A stretch of 38,195 nucleotides of DNA from Candidatus Pacearchaeota archaeon. Lineage in GTDB: Archaea > Nanobdellota > Nanobdellia > Pacearchaeales > GW2011-AR1. Shown in pieces: positions 22,633 through 32,640 of this stretch; position 1 is the first letter of the stretch; the number at the start of each line of letters is the position of its first letter. Where the stretch lies: assembly GCA_046705325.1 (NCBI GenBank), contig JBJKQQ010000002.1, positions 1 through 38,195 on the forward strand. Direction: 5' to 3'. The translations under genes were made by a program, and so were the position numbers. Under the pieces are notes generated by a model. The model was given only the letters and a program-made list of their open reading frames with translations, made no database searches and was not told where the DNA came from.

Positions 22633-23291
22633 TAACTTATTCTCCTTTCTTTTAGATCTTCGTAAATAAAAACTTTTGAATTTTCTGATTTTCCCCATTC
22701 AGACAACGATTGTGCGTTTTTATCCTTGTCCGAAATTATAAGACTTTCCTTTAAGTTTTCAAATTTTTCCCGAAGCTCCTTATTGCAAAGCGACCAATCC
22801 AAGTCTTCGGAAAGAGGGCTTATTCCAGATTCAAACTTTGGACTGTATTCTCCAGTGCAAAAGTATTCTATTGTGGTGTTTTCTAAGAAAAAATTCCCAT
22901 GGGCAAATCCGGGGGGAACCCAGATCCATTCTTCATAATCTCCTTCTTCCGAGGCGGGCATATCATAAGCAATTGCTTTTCCATAGGTAGGGGAATCTTT
23001 CCGTATGTCTAGTACAACGTCAATCATGTGCCCCGAAATCGTCCGAACAAGCTTTCCCATATAAGGATTCCATTGAAAGTGAAGACCGCGCATAACATTC
23101 TTCTTAGAAAAACTTTCATTCCCCTGAAGCAGCTCTTTTCCTTCCAATGCATTTATTTCCGAACCAAGAAAGTCTCTCTTTCTATAATGCTCCGTAAAAT
23201 AACCCCTTTCATCCCTGAATCTTGCAAAGCGTATGACTTTAACATCAGGAATTTCAAGTTCTTTTATCTCGAGTATTTTCATAAATTCCAA
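22632..23291 (-). CDS. rfbC: dTDP-4-dehydrorhamnose 3,5-epimerase-like cupin with a C-terminal extension
   Basis: IPDVKVI...RF.DERGYF.E.Y, RGLHFQ, KLVR...G...DVVLDIRK.SPTYGK, VPPGFAHGF-like. Confidence 0.75.
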   Translation of the reverse strand: MEFMKILEIKELEIPDVKVIRFARFRDERGYFTEHYRKRDFLGSEINALEGKELLQGNESFSKKNVMRGLHFQWNPYMGKLVRTISGHMIDVVLDIRKDSPTYGKAIAYDMPASEEGDYEEWIWVPPGFAHGNFFLENTTIEYFCTGEYSPKFESGISPLSEDLDWSLCNKELREKFENLKESLIISDKDKNAQSLSEWGKSENSKVFIYEDLKERRIS

Positions 23292-23343
23292 AATAGGAAA
23301 GAGTTTATAAATTTATTTTCAAATTAGCATATGCTTTAGATTA

Positions 23344-24240
23344 CTAAAAGTTGTGTAAAAGCCCTTCCCAAATGCCGCTAAAAAATTTCCGATTTTTTTC
23401 TTTTCTGTCTTTTTTATCGAGTGAATTAACAATCAACTGCTTTGGGATCTTGTATAAGGTGAGATAAGTTAGAAAAAAAATCTTCTGTAAGATGTTCCCA
23501 TACCTCTTAACAAACAGAAGAGAATTTCTTATTTCATAGTGCTGTCTGAATCCGATTTTTTTCTTATTGGTCGATTCGCCTTTATGCCAAATCTTTGAGT
23601 TTGGAACAATAAAAAACTTATATCCTTTTTGTTTAATTCTATATGCCCATTCAATCTCTTCCTTGTATGCGAAATAATTTTCATTAAATCCTTGGGTTTC
23701 TTCAAAAACATTTTTCCTAAGAAGCCAACAGCATCCCGATGCATAATCACACTCATATGGTTGATCCTTTGGGAGAATCGGCCTTCCTCCACCTAACCAC
23801 AAATTAAATTTTCCCGGAGAGTTAATCTTATTGAGTTCATCTCTTTTGGAATACTTATATATGGCAGGCGCAGAAACTCCTACCTTCTCGTCTTTTTCCA
23901 TAAAGCTAATAAGGGCGGACAAGAAATTCTTTTCTACAATTGTGTCATTATTCAACAGAAGAAAAAAATCAGAATCAAAATTGCTCCTTATTGCCTCATT
24001 GTTGCCTTTGGCAAACCCTAAGTTTTCTTTGCTCTCTAGAATTCTTATCTTTTTGTTAAGTGGGTACTTTTTTTTAAGGCTCCTAACAGAATCATCCGAG
24101 GACCCATTATCTAAGATTATTATTTTATAATCTTCATAATTTATCTTTAGCAGAGAATCAACACATTCAACCGTATCATTATATCCATTGTGATTCAAAA
24201 GGATTATGTTCACTGGAGGTTGTTTATCTGCCATTTTCAT
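23344..24240 (-). CDS. Glycosyltransferase family 2
   Basis: VNIILLNHNGYNDTVECVDSL......DYKIIILDNGSSDDS, LLLNNDT. Rhamnosyltransferase-like layout. Confidence 0.75.
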   Translation of the reverse strand: MKMADKQPPVNIILLNHNGYNDTVECVDSLLKINYEDYKIIILDNGSSDDSVRSLKKKYPLNKKIRILESKENLGFAKGNNEAIRSNFDSDFFLLLNNDTIVEKNFLSALISFMEKDEKVGVSAPAIYKYSKRDELNKINSPGKFNLWLGGGRPILPKDQPYECDYASGCCWLLRKNVFEETQGFNENYFAYKEEIEWAYRIKQKGYKFFIVPNSKIWHKGESTNKKKIGFRQHYEIRNSLLFVKRYGNILQKIFFLTYLTLYKIPKQLIVNSLDKKDRKEKNRKFFSGIWEGLLHNF

Positions 24241-25228
24241 TAAAAATATCGGAAGCTTGCTTTTCCATAAATTTCTTCCAACCCAAAAGGTCTTTTTTAT
24301 AACTGGAATATTCGCCTATTTCATTATCATAATTTAGAATACAACCCTCAATTAGTTTAACAACTTCCCCTAGCGGTTCTTTTTTGCTATCAACTTTGTA
24401 CTTTATGGGAACATCGTGATCATTACCTGCAGATCCTGCTTTATTTGTTATAACAATACAATCATTTAAAATAGCTTCACGAGGAATCCGGTCTTTTCCA
24501 GGGTGTGTCCCAAAATCGATATAGGCTTTAGATTCTTTTAAAGCATTATAAAGTTCAGGTTTAGTCATATTGACTAAAGGAATAAATTTTAATGAATGAG
24601 AATTCTTAATTATTCTTTGAGTATATCTAAAACCTTTCTTAGGATTATAAGCAACTAAGTCTTTTTTCTTAATCTCCATCTTTTTATTATTCTCGCTTAA
24701 AAAAATGTAATCTTCTAGCATAGACCACCGTTCAATTTTTTTTTGAATCAATTCTCTTTTTACATACTCACAGGAGAAAAGATGCTCCACCCCGTAAAAT
24801 TCTTTTCTTAAGGATCTCTTCTTCCGGAACAGATACATTGTAATTCTTTTATGAATCTTGGGAATAAACTTGCGAAACAACTTATTGATAAATCCCGAAA
24901 TCCTATTCAGGGGGTAAATATATTTTTCGAAGGGAGCGTTGTTAAAACTTAACCACCAAATAGCTTTTTGGATGTTCTTGTAGCGATAAACAAACTCGGG
25001 GTATATCTCTGCAATAATCAATAAGTTGTTTTCAGAATCTTCAATTTTTTCAAACACCTTGTAGTCATATTCTGGGTAAAGTTTCTCTGAAGGTTTTTTT
25101 AAATAAACAATGCCTGCATTAAGTCCCCTCCTATTTAACAATTGGCACAGCTGGTGCAAACTTTCTACTCCTCCTGTTTTATTGTCTGGAGCAATTATGA
25201 ATATTTTTGAGTTCCTATAAACCTTCAT
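24224..25228 (-). CDS. Hypothetical protein, possibly a divergent GT-B glycosyltransferase
   Basis: N-terminal IIAPDNKTGGVESLHQL and C-terminal GKDRIPREAILNDCIVITN faintly resemble GT4 donor-binding elements. It overlaps both neighbours, indicating operon membership. Confidence 0.35.
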   Translation of the reverse strand: MKVYRNSKIFIIAPDNKTGGVESLHQLCQLLNRRGLNAGIVYLKKPSEKLYPEYDYKVFEKIEDSENNLLIIAEIYPEFVYRYKNIQKAIWWLSFNNAPFEKYIYPLNRISGFINKLFRKFIPKIHKRITMYLFRKKRSLRKEFYGVEHLFSCEYVKRELIQKKIERWSMLEDYIFLSENNKKMEIKKKDLVAYNPKKGFRYTQRIIKNSHSLKFIPLVNMTKPELYNALKESKAYIDFGTHPGKDRIPREAILNDCIVITNKAGSAGNDHDVPIKYKVDSKKEPLGEVVKLIEGCILNYDNEIGEYSSYKKDLLGWKKFMEKQASDIFNENGR

Positions 25229-26249
25229 GATTCATCTCCCTAAATTTATTTAACGCATTTTGCACAGCAGTGTCAATATCCAAGTATTTTCCTTCGGCCT
25301 GGCGCCCTAAAAAGACTAATTTTGGAAATTTTTTTGAATACTCCAAGTACTTGTCTATTCTTTTTAGATTTTCCTTTGTTTGAACTGGATAGAATCTGTT
25401 TTTTCTCGAAGGTTCCTCTAAGCAGAGAATTCTTTTTTTTGAATTAGAATTATAAAATTGATTCATTTCAGATATTCTTGTGTATCTTGGATGCGTGGAT
25501 AAATTAACGACTGCTTCAGGCAGAAGTTTATTCTCACTGATTATATCTAAAAAATTAAAGTTCATACCTTCATATTTTATTTTCCCCAATCGATAAGAGA
25601 AAAAAGAATCTAAGTGGGAGGTTACAATTACCTTATCCCATAAATCTATTTCCTGTTGAATTGAGTCCAAATTTTCTTCTTTAGAAGTTACAATTCTGAT
25701 GCCTTCAGACATTTTTCTCAGCAGATTTAGGAAACCCTCTTCTGGGATATATGTCTCCTGCCCTTCAAAAAATAGATTGTTTCTTGAATGCTTTGGTTCA
25801 AACCGTTCCTTTATTTTTTCGATAACTTCTTCAGTATTGTCTTTCCACATTTTTTTAGAATATGATTCTATAAATTCATTAAACATGTCTTTATGGGGTG
25901 TTAAATAATCAAAAAGTTCTCTATAAGATTTGTTTATTGGCCAATAAGTGAAAGAAGAATCATTTCCCAAACAGATAACCCTATGATCATATTTTTTCCA
26001 TTGGGTAAAATTTGACAAAAAGTTAAAGGCTTCCCTAGTTCCTCTCGCATCACTAAAATGGAATATGTGGGGACCACACCAAGAGATGTAACACTCTGCT
26101 TCATCATCATATTTATCATTTAGCAGCCCCCCCATCTCCTTATTCTTCTCCCGTATTTCCACATAACACCCCCCTTTTTGGAATAGGTGCCCCATAACTA
26201 GTCCGCTTAATCCTGCCCCGATAATAAGAATTCTTTTACCTTCCTTCAT
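25215..26249 (-). CDS. glf: UDP-galactopyranose mutase
   Basis: ILIIGAGLSGLV, EKNKEMGGLL, CGPHIFHFSD, F.NFLSNFTQWKKYDHRV match the Glf pattern. Confidence 0.75.
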   Translation of the reverse strand: MKEGKRILIIGAGLSGLVMGHLFQKGGCYVEIREKNKEMGGLLNDKYDDEAECYISWCGPHIFHFSDARGTREAFNFLSNFTQWKKYDHRVICLGNDSSFTYWPINKSYRELFDYLTPHKDMFNEFIESYSKKMWKDNTEEVIEKIKERFEPKHSRNNLFFEGQETYIPEEGFLNLLRKMSEGIRIVTSKEENLDSIQQEIDLWDKVIVTSHLDSFFSYRLGKIKYEGMNFNFLDIISENKLLPEAVVNLSTHPRYTRISEMNQFYNSNSKKRILCLEEPSRKNRFYPVQTKENLKRIDKYLEYSKKFPKLVFLGRQAEGKYLDIDTAVQNALNKFREMNHEGL

Positions 26250-27349
26250 CTCAAAGCTTCCTCGTAAATCTTTTTTAATTTTTCGTTTCTCAAGTTAACT
26301 GAAAAATTATTCTTAACTGACTTTGTGCACTCGTTTGACATTTTATCGCGAAGATTTTTGTCTTTTATTAAGACATCTGTCTGCTTATACAGATTTATTA
26401 TGGTCGTTTCACTTTCCAGTTTGTCAAGGTTGAAATTGAAATCATCTCCCAACCCGACGACAAATCCAGTTTTTCCGTTTTCGATTAATTCACTTCTTGA
26501 TTGGCCCTCTGCACTAACTACTGGCAGACCAAAACTCATCGCTTCGGTAATTCCAAATCCAAAAGTGTCTGTAAAACTTGGATAGAGAAAGATATCTGCC
26601 GCAGGATATATTTCTTCAAAAAGTTTTTTCTGGGGAACTGTTCCAATAAATTTGATTTGTTTATTCTCTTTATATTTTTCATGAACTTCTTTTGGCGTTT
26701 CGGAAACTATCCAGCCTTCAACGTTTGGATATTTTTTTGTAAGTCTGTCCATGACTTCAATTGCATAAAGCCCCCCCTTGAAATAAAATCTCCTCGAGGA
26801 ATAAAGCAGGACAACTTTGTTTGTTTGTTTTTTCTTCTTTTCTGGTTTTTGTTCCGGGATTCCTGGGTATAAAACTTCCACCTTACTCCTTATTTCAGGA
26901 AACTCTTTTATGATTTTTTCCCCAACCCATTTTGTCCAAGGGAGAATTTTCTTGCAGTTCTCAGATTTAAGATACTTCAAGACTTCCTGTCGCGCCCTCT
27001 CAGATTTTTCTCGTCCTGCTGCGGCCCAAAACTGGCCTAGATATTCGATATCGCAGACCCAGGGTTTATCTCTGTTTTTTGACAAACAATGCGCGCAATG
27101 AATTAAATTATAATCTCCTTTAGGAGACAGGTGCGCGTTTGGAAGCGAGGGGCTTAATTTCTTTATGATTTTTTTCAGATTTTGTTTTGCGAAATTATTA
27201 AGTTTGAATTTTCTCTGACTCTGGAGTAATCCAAATTCGGAAATGTTCTTGTAATTCACTCCTTCAGGAGGAAACTCTCTTAAGAATTTATAATACGGGG
27301 AGTCTGTTGCCTTCCATGGCCGCTGGAGGTAAACTTTAATGAGATTCAT
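26246..27349 (-). CDS. Glycosyltransferase family 4 (GT-B)
   Basis: DTFGFGITEAMSFGLPVVSAEGQSRSELIENGKTGFVV. Confidence 0.75.
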   Translation of the reverse strand: MNLIKVYLQRPWKATDSPYYKFLREFPPEGVNYKNISEFGLLQSQRKFKLNNFAKQNLKKIIKKLSPSLPNAHLSPKGDYNLIHCAHCLSKNRDKPWVCDIEYLGQFWAAAGREKSERARQEVLKYLKSENCKKILPWTKWVGEKIIKEFPEIRSKVEVLYPGIPEQKPEKKKKQTNKVVLLYSSRRFYFKGGLYAIEVMDRLTKKYPNVEGWIVSETPKEVHEKYKENKQIKFIGTVPQKKLFEEIYPAADIFLYPSFTDTFGFGITEAMSFGLPVVSAEGQSRSELIENGKTGFVVGLGDDFNFNLDKLESETTIINLYKQTDVLIKDKNLRDKMSNECTKSVKNNFSVNLRNEKLKKIYEEALR

Positions 27350-27351
27350 TT

Positions 27352-30111
27352 TTAACTTTTATTCACCAGCGATTCATTCACAACAGTAACATTATCAAGA
27401 GAAGCGTAAGCGCCTTCAGCCATGGTGAACCCCTTGTTGGTTATTATGTAACTTGGATACTTTGTGTTCCAGATCTTTATAGGCCCGTCGAAATTTCCCC
27501 CGTAATAAATGAACTCTCCGGTGAATCCCTGCGCCTTGAGGCTCTGCAGAACCTGGTCGTCCTGCGCGTGCGCAAGAGTTATCGTCGGATATTTGTTGAA
27601 CGGGTCGTCCATAAGGTACAGCTGCGCAAACAGGCTGTTGAAAACTTTCGGCGAGAGGTATATAACAGAACCGAGATAATCTATCTGGTAACTCGTGGAT
27701 GTTTGGGACAGCGAGGGCAGCACATACGCCGCTCCCGGATATCCGCTCTTGAAATCTATCAGCTGGCCGTTGTAATAAAGGTATCTCATCGGAAGGCTCA
27801 ACTGCTGGTTGTTGTAATACAAGACTTCTTTTGGCTGCGAGAAAGTTATTCCGTTTCCGGTCTTCGTTTCATTGAGGATTACTCCGACAACATAAGCCTG
27901 TCCCTGCGGTATGAACATCTGCCCCTGGCTTGAATTGTACAGGATATCTGCGTCGGTGGGAACGACGTTCTGGTAAACCCGAAGAGTGGAATTTCCCTGA
28001 ACCTGCGTCTGCGTCGAATCGGAAGGCATTATTGGGGCGGATGAATATCTGTCGGTTCCGGCTGCGTCGCTTCCTATTATTGAGTAAGCGGGATACTTGC
28101 CCAAATCGCTCGGGTCTATCAAAAGGTAAGAGATGTTGTTCGATTTAAGGAAACTCAATGACATGTTCGGGTTAGGTTCCGTAAGCAAATATCTCCCCAG
28201 CATATGGTCCATGAACTCGCCCTCAAAGTGCCCGCCGTCGGCAATCGTCGACCTGTTTCCAAGGTACTCGACCCAGTACCCATAATCCCACCAATGCGCG
28301 AATGTAGCATTAACTGGCGTGTTGTTTCGCACCCATTGCATTGCATACTGCCATTGGTAATCCGCGCTTGGCCCGGTGTATTTTGCCTGCGTTATCGAAG
28401 CGCTCGCCAGATTGTTGAAACTGAAAATCGATGCAACTAAAACTCCGATAAGGGCCAGCACAAGGACCATCTTAAGCAGGTCGTCTTTTGCTTTCTTCGC
28501 GTAAGAAGCGAGGTTGAAAATTAAGTATCCTATGAAAAGGCATGCAAAAGGAGTCACTGTGAAGATAAGTCTCGCAGCTCCCCGCGCCGCGATAAGCATG
28601 AACAAGGTCAGCGAGAACAATAATATAAGCTCCGAAGAAACTTTTATGTCGTCTTTCCTGTAAAGGTAAATGCAATAAACCAGGAACGCCAGCATGCTTC
28701 CAAAGTAAAGCAACTTGCTTATGAAATTCGTTCCGTTCAATACCGAAGTCGCGGAAAGCCTTGTCAGCAAGAGACCTGCGATGAAAACCGTCCATAAGGC
28801 TATGAACCCCCCTTTCCTCTTCTTGTTCTTTACCCCTCTGGAGATATTTATTCCGAAAGTTATAAGTCCGGCGAAGAAAAGCCAGAAAAATATCGGGCCT
28901 GTTTGCGAGAGCCAATCCGAAATGTAAGGCTGCGCATTTTCCGCCACAGTCAGGCTTATTCTGTTTGTTCCGAAAGGATGAAGCAGGGTATTGGTTATGC
29001 TGCCGACAAAACTTGAGACTCCTCCGCTGCTCAAGACCAGAATTAAAATCCCCAGAATCAAGGTGGCAACAAGGCTCCAGATTATGTGATTTTTCTTTAT
29101 GTTTTTGACGCGAATTCTATTTATGTACTTCACGACAAAGAAATCGATTATGATGAATCCCAATGCGATTCCTTCAAGCAGGCTGGTGGGAACTATAAGG
29201 AACCTTCTTATCATGTCGTAAAGCGGGAATCCGTAGACTGTCGCGGAAAATATGCTGAAGAAAATGAATGTTATATAGAATGCCAAAAGTTTGGGCAATT
29301 CTTTTTTCCCGGAATCGAAATCTTTCATCTTAAGGGCCCATATAATCAGGAAGCTCAAAGGAATAATCATCGGGATAAATTCGGAGATTCCTCCCCAACT
29401 GGTCAGCGTCATAGAAGACAGGAATCCGACCCCGGCGCCAAGAAGCCCGGCGACAACAAGGTTCTTTTTTGGTTTCCTGTCTTTTTCCATCTTCTTAAGT
29501 GCGAACAGATAAAGCATTATGGTCAAAAAGAACATCAGCGTTCCAAGGGCGTCGTGGTCTGAAAAACCCGCCATGGTCCTGTAGAGATAAGTCGGGATTA
29601 TCGTGAGAAATGCGGAGCCGATTGCTGCGGTAACTTTCGATTTTGTCAGCGCATAGGTCAGGAAATAAAATGCGATTATTCCCAGGGCGAATGCAATCAC
29701 AGGATAAATCACGTCGGCAAAGTTGAGGGTTATGCTTGGATTGAAGAAATGAAGGAATTTGTAAAGCCCTGCAATTATCCACGGCAAAAGTTCATTTGAA
29801 AATCCGAAGCCGCCCTGACCTATAGCAACGCGATAGGGGTCCAGCGCAGGAAGTCCGCCCGTCTGGACAATTGTCGTCGCCATTCTTAACCAGTAAAACG
29901 GATCGAGCGCAAGAGGGATGTATTTTCCCATCGTCGCATCATGAAGCAGCGAGAGATTTTGTATTCTTATAAGGACTCCAATGACCACAAGCGCAGCGAG
30001 AATCGCAAGCGGAAGAATTATTTTTACCTTGTCTTTCTTGAACCAATCTGCAGCTTTTTTGAAAACTTTTTTCGTCTGGTCAAAATTAAACTTAATATCT
30101 TCGTCCGACAT
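27352..30111 (-). CDS. aglB: Archaeal oligosaccharyltransferase AglB (STT3 family)
   Basis: 919 aa with a multi-TM N-terminal half and the catalytic WWDYGYW motif (HWWDYGYWVEY). Confidence 0.9.
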   Translation of the reverse strand: MSDEDIKFNFDQTKKVFKKAADWFKKDKVKIILPLAILAALVVIGVLIRIQNLSLLHDATMGKYIPLALDPFYWLRMATTIVQTGGLPALDPYRVAIGQGGFGFSNELLPWIIAGLYKFLHFFNPSITLNFADVIYPVIAFALGIIAFYFLTYALTKSKVTAAIGSAFLTIIPTYLYRTMAGFSDHDALGTLMFFLTIMLYLFALKKMEKDRKPKKNLVVAGLLGAGVGFLSSMTLTSWGGISEFIPMIIPLSFLIIWALKMKDFDSGKKELPKLLAFYITFIFFSIFSATVYGFPLYDMIRRFLIVPTSLLEGIALGFIIIDFFVVKYINRIRVKNIKKNHIIWSLVATLILGILILVLSSGGVSSFVGSITNTLLHPFGTNRISLTVAENAQPYISDWLSQTGPIFFWLFFAGLITFGINISRGVKNKKRKGGFIALWTVFIAGLLLTRLSATSVLNGTNFISKLLYFGSMLAFLVYCIYLYRKDDIKVSSELILLFSLTLFMLIAARGAARLIFTVTPFACLFIGYLIFNLASYAKKAKDDLLKMVLVLALIGVLVASIFSFNNLASASITQAKYTGPSADYQWQYAMQWVRNNTPVNATFAHWWDYGYWVEYLGNRSTIADGGHFEGEFMDHMLGRYLLTEPNPNMSLSFLKSNNISYLLIDPSDLGKYPAYSIIGSDAAGTDRYSSAPIMPSDSTQTQVQGNSTLRVYQNVVPTDADILYNSSQGQMFIPQGQAYVVGVILNETKTGNGITFSQPKEVLYYNNQQLSLPMRYLYYNGQLIDFKSGYPGAAYVLPSLSQTSTSYQIDYLGSVIYLSPKVFNSLFAQLYLMDDPFNKYPTITLAHAQDDQVLQSLKAQGFTGEFIYYGGNFDGPIKIWNTKYPSYIITNKGFTMAEGAYASLDNVTVVNESLVNKS

Positions 30112-30167
30112 CTTTCAATAATGGCGAAACCGTTTAAAAAGATTGTGAATATTTTGTCTAATTAACA

Positions 30168-31181
30168 TTACAAGTTTCCTGTGACTAAAAATGCCAGAAC
30201 GATTACGACAATTTGGAAGGCGTTTATCAGATTCACGACATCTTTTTCATAAACCTTGTGGCTTGGCTTTATCTTCTTTAAAATTTTTATTGAAAGGTGC
30301 GTCAGGCTGTAAACTTTTTTGTACGGCATCTCGATGCTGCCGTCCTCTTCATTGAGCTTGCCGAAACTTTCTTTAACAAGCCGCCCTCTTACCTTGAGCA
30401 AAATTTCTATTATATACAAAGCCATGAATAGAACCGCGATTTTTTCCACATTTCCAAGAATTGCTATCGCGGCAATCATTGCTCCAACGGAATAAGTCAT
30501 CACGTCTCCTGGGAAAACTTTTGCAGGATATCTGTTAAATAAATAAAATGCTATGAGTGAAGCAACCATGATCAATGCTATCAAACTTAACCAACTGTTT
30601 CCTGTTAAGTAAGTCACAATTGCCAAAGCAGATAAAATCAGGATGCCCTGCCTTGCTTCCAATCCGTTCCATCCGGCAAGAAAATTGAAAGTTGTGGTGG
30701 CTCCAACAACCCCCAAGGGAATCAAAAACAGAGGGTAGACCAGACCAAAATTTATTTCTCCGATTATCGGGATCACCATGCTGAACGTTCCAGCGCCGAT
30801 TACCATGAGCGGGACGGCAGCGAAGAAAATTATTGCCAGCCTGACTTTTCTGCTTAATCCTTTTTTCCATCCAAGCAGATCGTCCATCATGCCGACTATA
30901 GAACTTATCAGGAAGACTGAAAGAAGCGCAAAAATCTTGATCTGGTTTCCATCCTCGTTTCCGAAGACAAAATTCTCCACTGCGATGAAAGACAATATCC
31001 CCAAAGCGACGCCGAGAAGAACCATGACCCCGCCGCTTTCGGCAACAATCGGCTTTTCCCTTTTTTGCATATCTTTTCCGACAAGATTATTTTTGCGCGC
31101 CTGTTTTATCCAGTAAGGCAGTCCAATTAAAGTAACAAAAAAACTCACAACAACCGTTCCAAGCAGCCACGCGCTTACCAT
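30168..31181 (-). CDS. Polyprenyl-phosphate HexNAc-1-phosphate transferase (MraY/WecA family, AglH-like)
   Basis: Polytopic membrane protein with MDDLLGW and FNFLAGWNGLEARQG motifs. Confidence 0.75.
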   Translation of the reverse strand: MVSAWLLGTVVVSFFVTLIGLPYWIKQARKNNLVGKDMQKREKPIVAESGGVMVLLGVALGILSFIAVENFVFGNEDGNQIKIFALLSVFLISSIVGMMDDLLGWKKGLSRKVRLAIIFFAAVPLMVIGAGTFSMVIPIIGEINFGLVYPLFLIPLGVVGATTTFNFLAGWNGLEARQGILILSALAIVTYLTGNSWLSLIALIMVASLIAFYLFNRYPAKVFPGDVMTYSVGAMIAAIAILGNVEKIAVLFMALYIIEILLKVRGRLVKESFGKLNEEDGSIEMPYKKVYSLTHLSIKILKKIKPSHKVYEKDVVNLINAFQIVVIVLAFLVTGNL

Positions 31182-31247
31182 CCGATTAATATCTCATTTC
31201 AACTTTTAAATTTAATGAAACTCTGATCTGTTCCGGATTTTTGAAAT

Positions 31248-32141
31248 TTATCCAAACAACAGCGGAGTGAGATAAACTTCCATCAGGCCCGCCACGACAA
31301 GGAGGAGAATTGCGATTAGAATCAGGAATGCGGTGTGCTCCGCGACTTTGTAAAACACCTTGTCTTTTATCCCGTGCCTCACTATTCCGACTCCGAGAAT
31401 TCCCCCCGCCAGCGCCGCGACAAAATACGCCGCAATCTCCGGAAAACCGTGAATCATATATCTGGCTATTCCCACAGGGATATCCAGAAGATTGTACTTC
31501 GTAAAAATTCCAATGCTTGCCGATATGACGCTCGCGTTCCATGCCAGAACAAAAATCGCGCCCGCTCCGAACACAAGCGAGAATACGAGCGTGAAAACCA
31601 TCACAAGGAGATTGTTCTCCAGAATCGAAACGAACTTTACAGGATCTGAAACTGCAGCCGCGCCCGTAATCTGCGTCGAAGAATTCGCGGACGGGATGTA
31701 ATTTGAAATGCATCCGGTCACGTCTGTCGGGCTGTTGATTGAACAGTAAGTTCCGATTTGCGCGTTGAAAAGGCTGTGATCCTGCAGCAGAATATACCAA
31801 AACGAAAACGCGACGATAAATCCGACGAACAGCCACATGAATGCGTAGATCGCGTCGCTGTGGATTTTCCAGACGCCGAGAAAGCTGTTCGCTTTCTCGT
31901 CCTGTTTTTCTTCGCGCTTTATTATGAAATACATGAACGGCAGCGAGAACATCACGCAAAAGGTCACGACCATAACCCCCGAATATTTGGAAAGGATTGC
32001 ATCGCTCGAGAAAAACCAGTGGACAAGCAGCAGCGACAGCGAAGCGTAAACCAGGCCGATGAAGAACATTTCCCACGGCTTTCTCTCCGCTTTTTTTGGA
32101 TTGATTAAAGATTCCAGCATTAACAACAAAGCAGAGTCCAA
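31248..32141 (-). CDS. SpoIIM/DUF95-family membrane protein
   Basis: Multi-TM protein with IHGFPEIAAYFVAALAGG (HGxxE motif). Confidence 0.55.
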   Translation of the reverse strand: MDSALLLMLESLINPKKAERKPWEMFFIGLVYASLSLLLVHWFFSSDAILSKYSGVMVVTFCVMFSLPFMYFIIKREEKQDEKANSFLGVWKIHSDAIYAFMWLFVGFIVAFSFWYILLQDHSLFNAQIGTYCSINSPTDVTGCISNYIPSANSSTQITGAAAVSDPVKFVSILENNLLVMVFTLVFSLVFGAGAIFVLAWNASVISASIGIFTKYNLLDIPVGIARYMIHGFPEIAAYFVAALAGGILGVGIVRHGIKDKVFYKVAEHTAFLILIAILLLVVAGLMEVYLTPLLFG

Positions 32142-32157
32142 TTTTTAAACTTTACAA

Positions 32158-32559
32158 TTATTCGCTTTTCTTCCCGCTTTCTTCTTGATATTCCTGAATC
32201 ATCTTCATGAACTCGCTGTTCGAGGCTTCAAGGTTTTCTTTCAGTTCCGTTTCAACTTCTTTGAGCCTTTTTACCTGCGCGCCGATCATTTCTTTCGCTT
32301 CAGGAACGCTTCGGTTAACGAAGTTGTTTTCTCCGACGTTAACGGTCAGTTCTCCTGAAATTATCTTCGCCTTGACGTAAATCCCTTTTCCGACCTGCGC
32401 GAGAATCTCTTTTCCTTCAGCATTTGGGATTTCATCCAGTCCGATTTTCAGTGATTCCAATTCCCCAATTCCTCCTGCAATCGCTTCAAGTTGCTGCTGG
32501 AGCTGCTGCATTTGCTGTTCCATTAATTGAAGCCTGAAAATCATTTCCTGCTGTTCCAT
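32158..32559 (-). CDS. pfdA: Prefoldin subunit (alpha-like)
   Basis: Q/E-rich coiled coils at both ends flank a beta-hairpin region (ILAQVGKGIYVKAKI...LTVNVGENNFV). Confidence 0.6.
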   Translation of the reverse strand: MEQQEMIFRLQLMEQQMQQLQQQLEAIAGGIGELESLKIGLDEIPNAEGKEILAQVGKGIYVKAKIISGELTVNVGENNFVNRSVPEAKEMIGAQVKRLKEVETELKENLEASNSEFMKMIQEYQEESGKKSE

Positions 32560-32640
32560 AAAAAAAAGAAGTTTGACATGTTTTAAATCTTATCCTTCCT
32601 GAAAACTAAAAGCTTTAAACTTTCATAAAGGGCGGATTAT

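Noticed and set aside
22633-22698. The track's upstream start for the rfbD-like gene
   Set aside because: The extension lies inside rfbC and is basic low-complexity sequence. Met at 22632 immediately precedes the Rossmann motif VLVTGGSGLLG.
31186-32076. A 296-aa Arg/Gly-rich ORF on the minus strand
   Set aside because: It overlaps the SpoIIM-like membrane protein ORF (31248-32141) in another frame. Its composition is typical of an out-of-frame shadow, and the membrane protein has a recognisable HGxxE motif.
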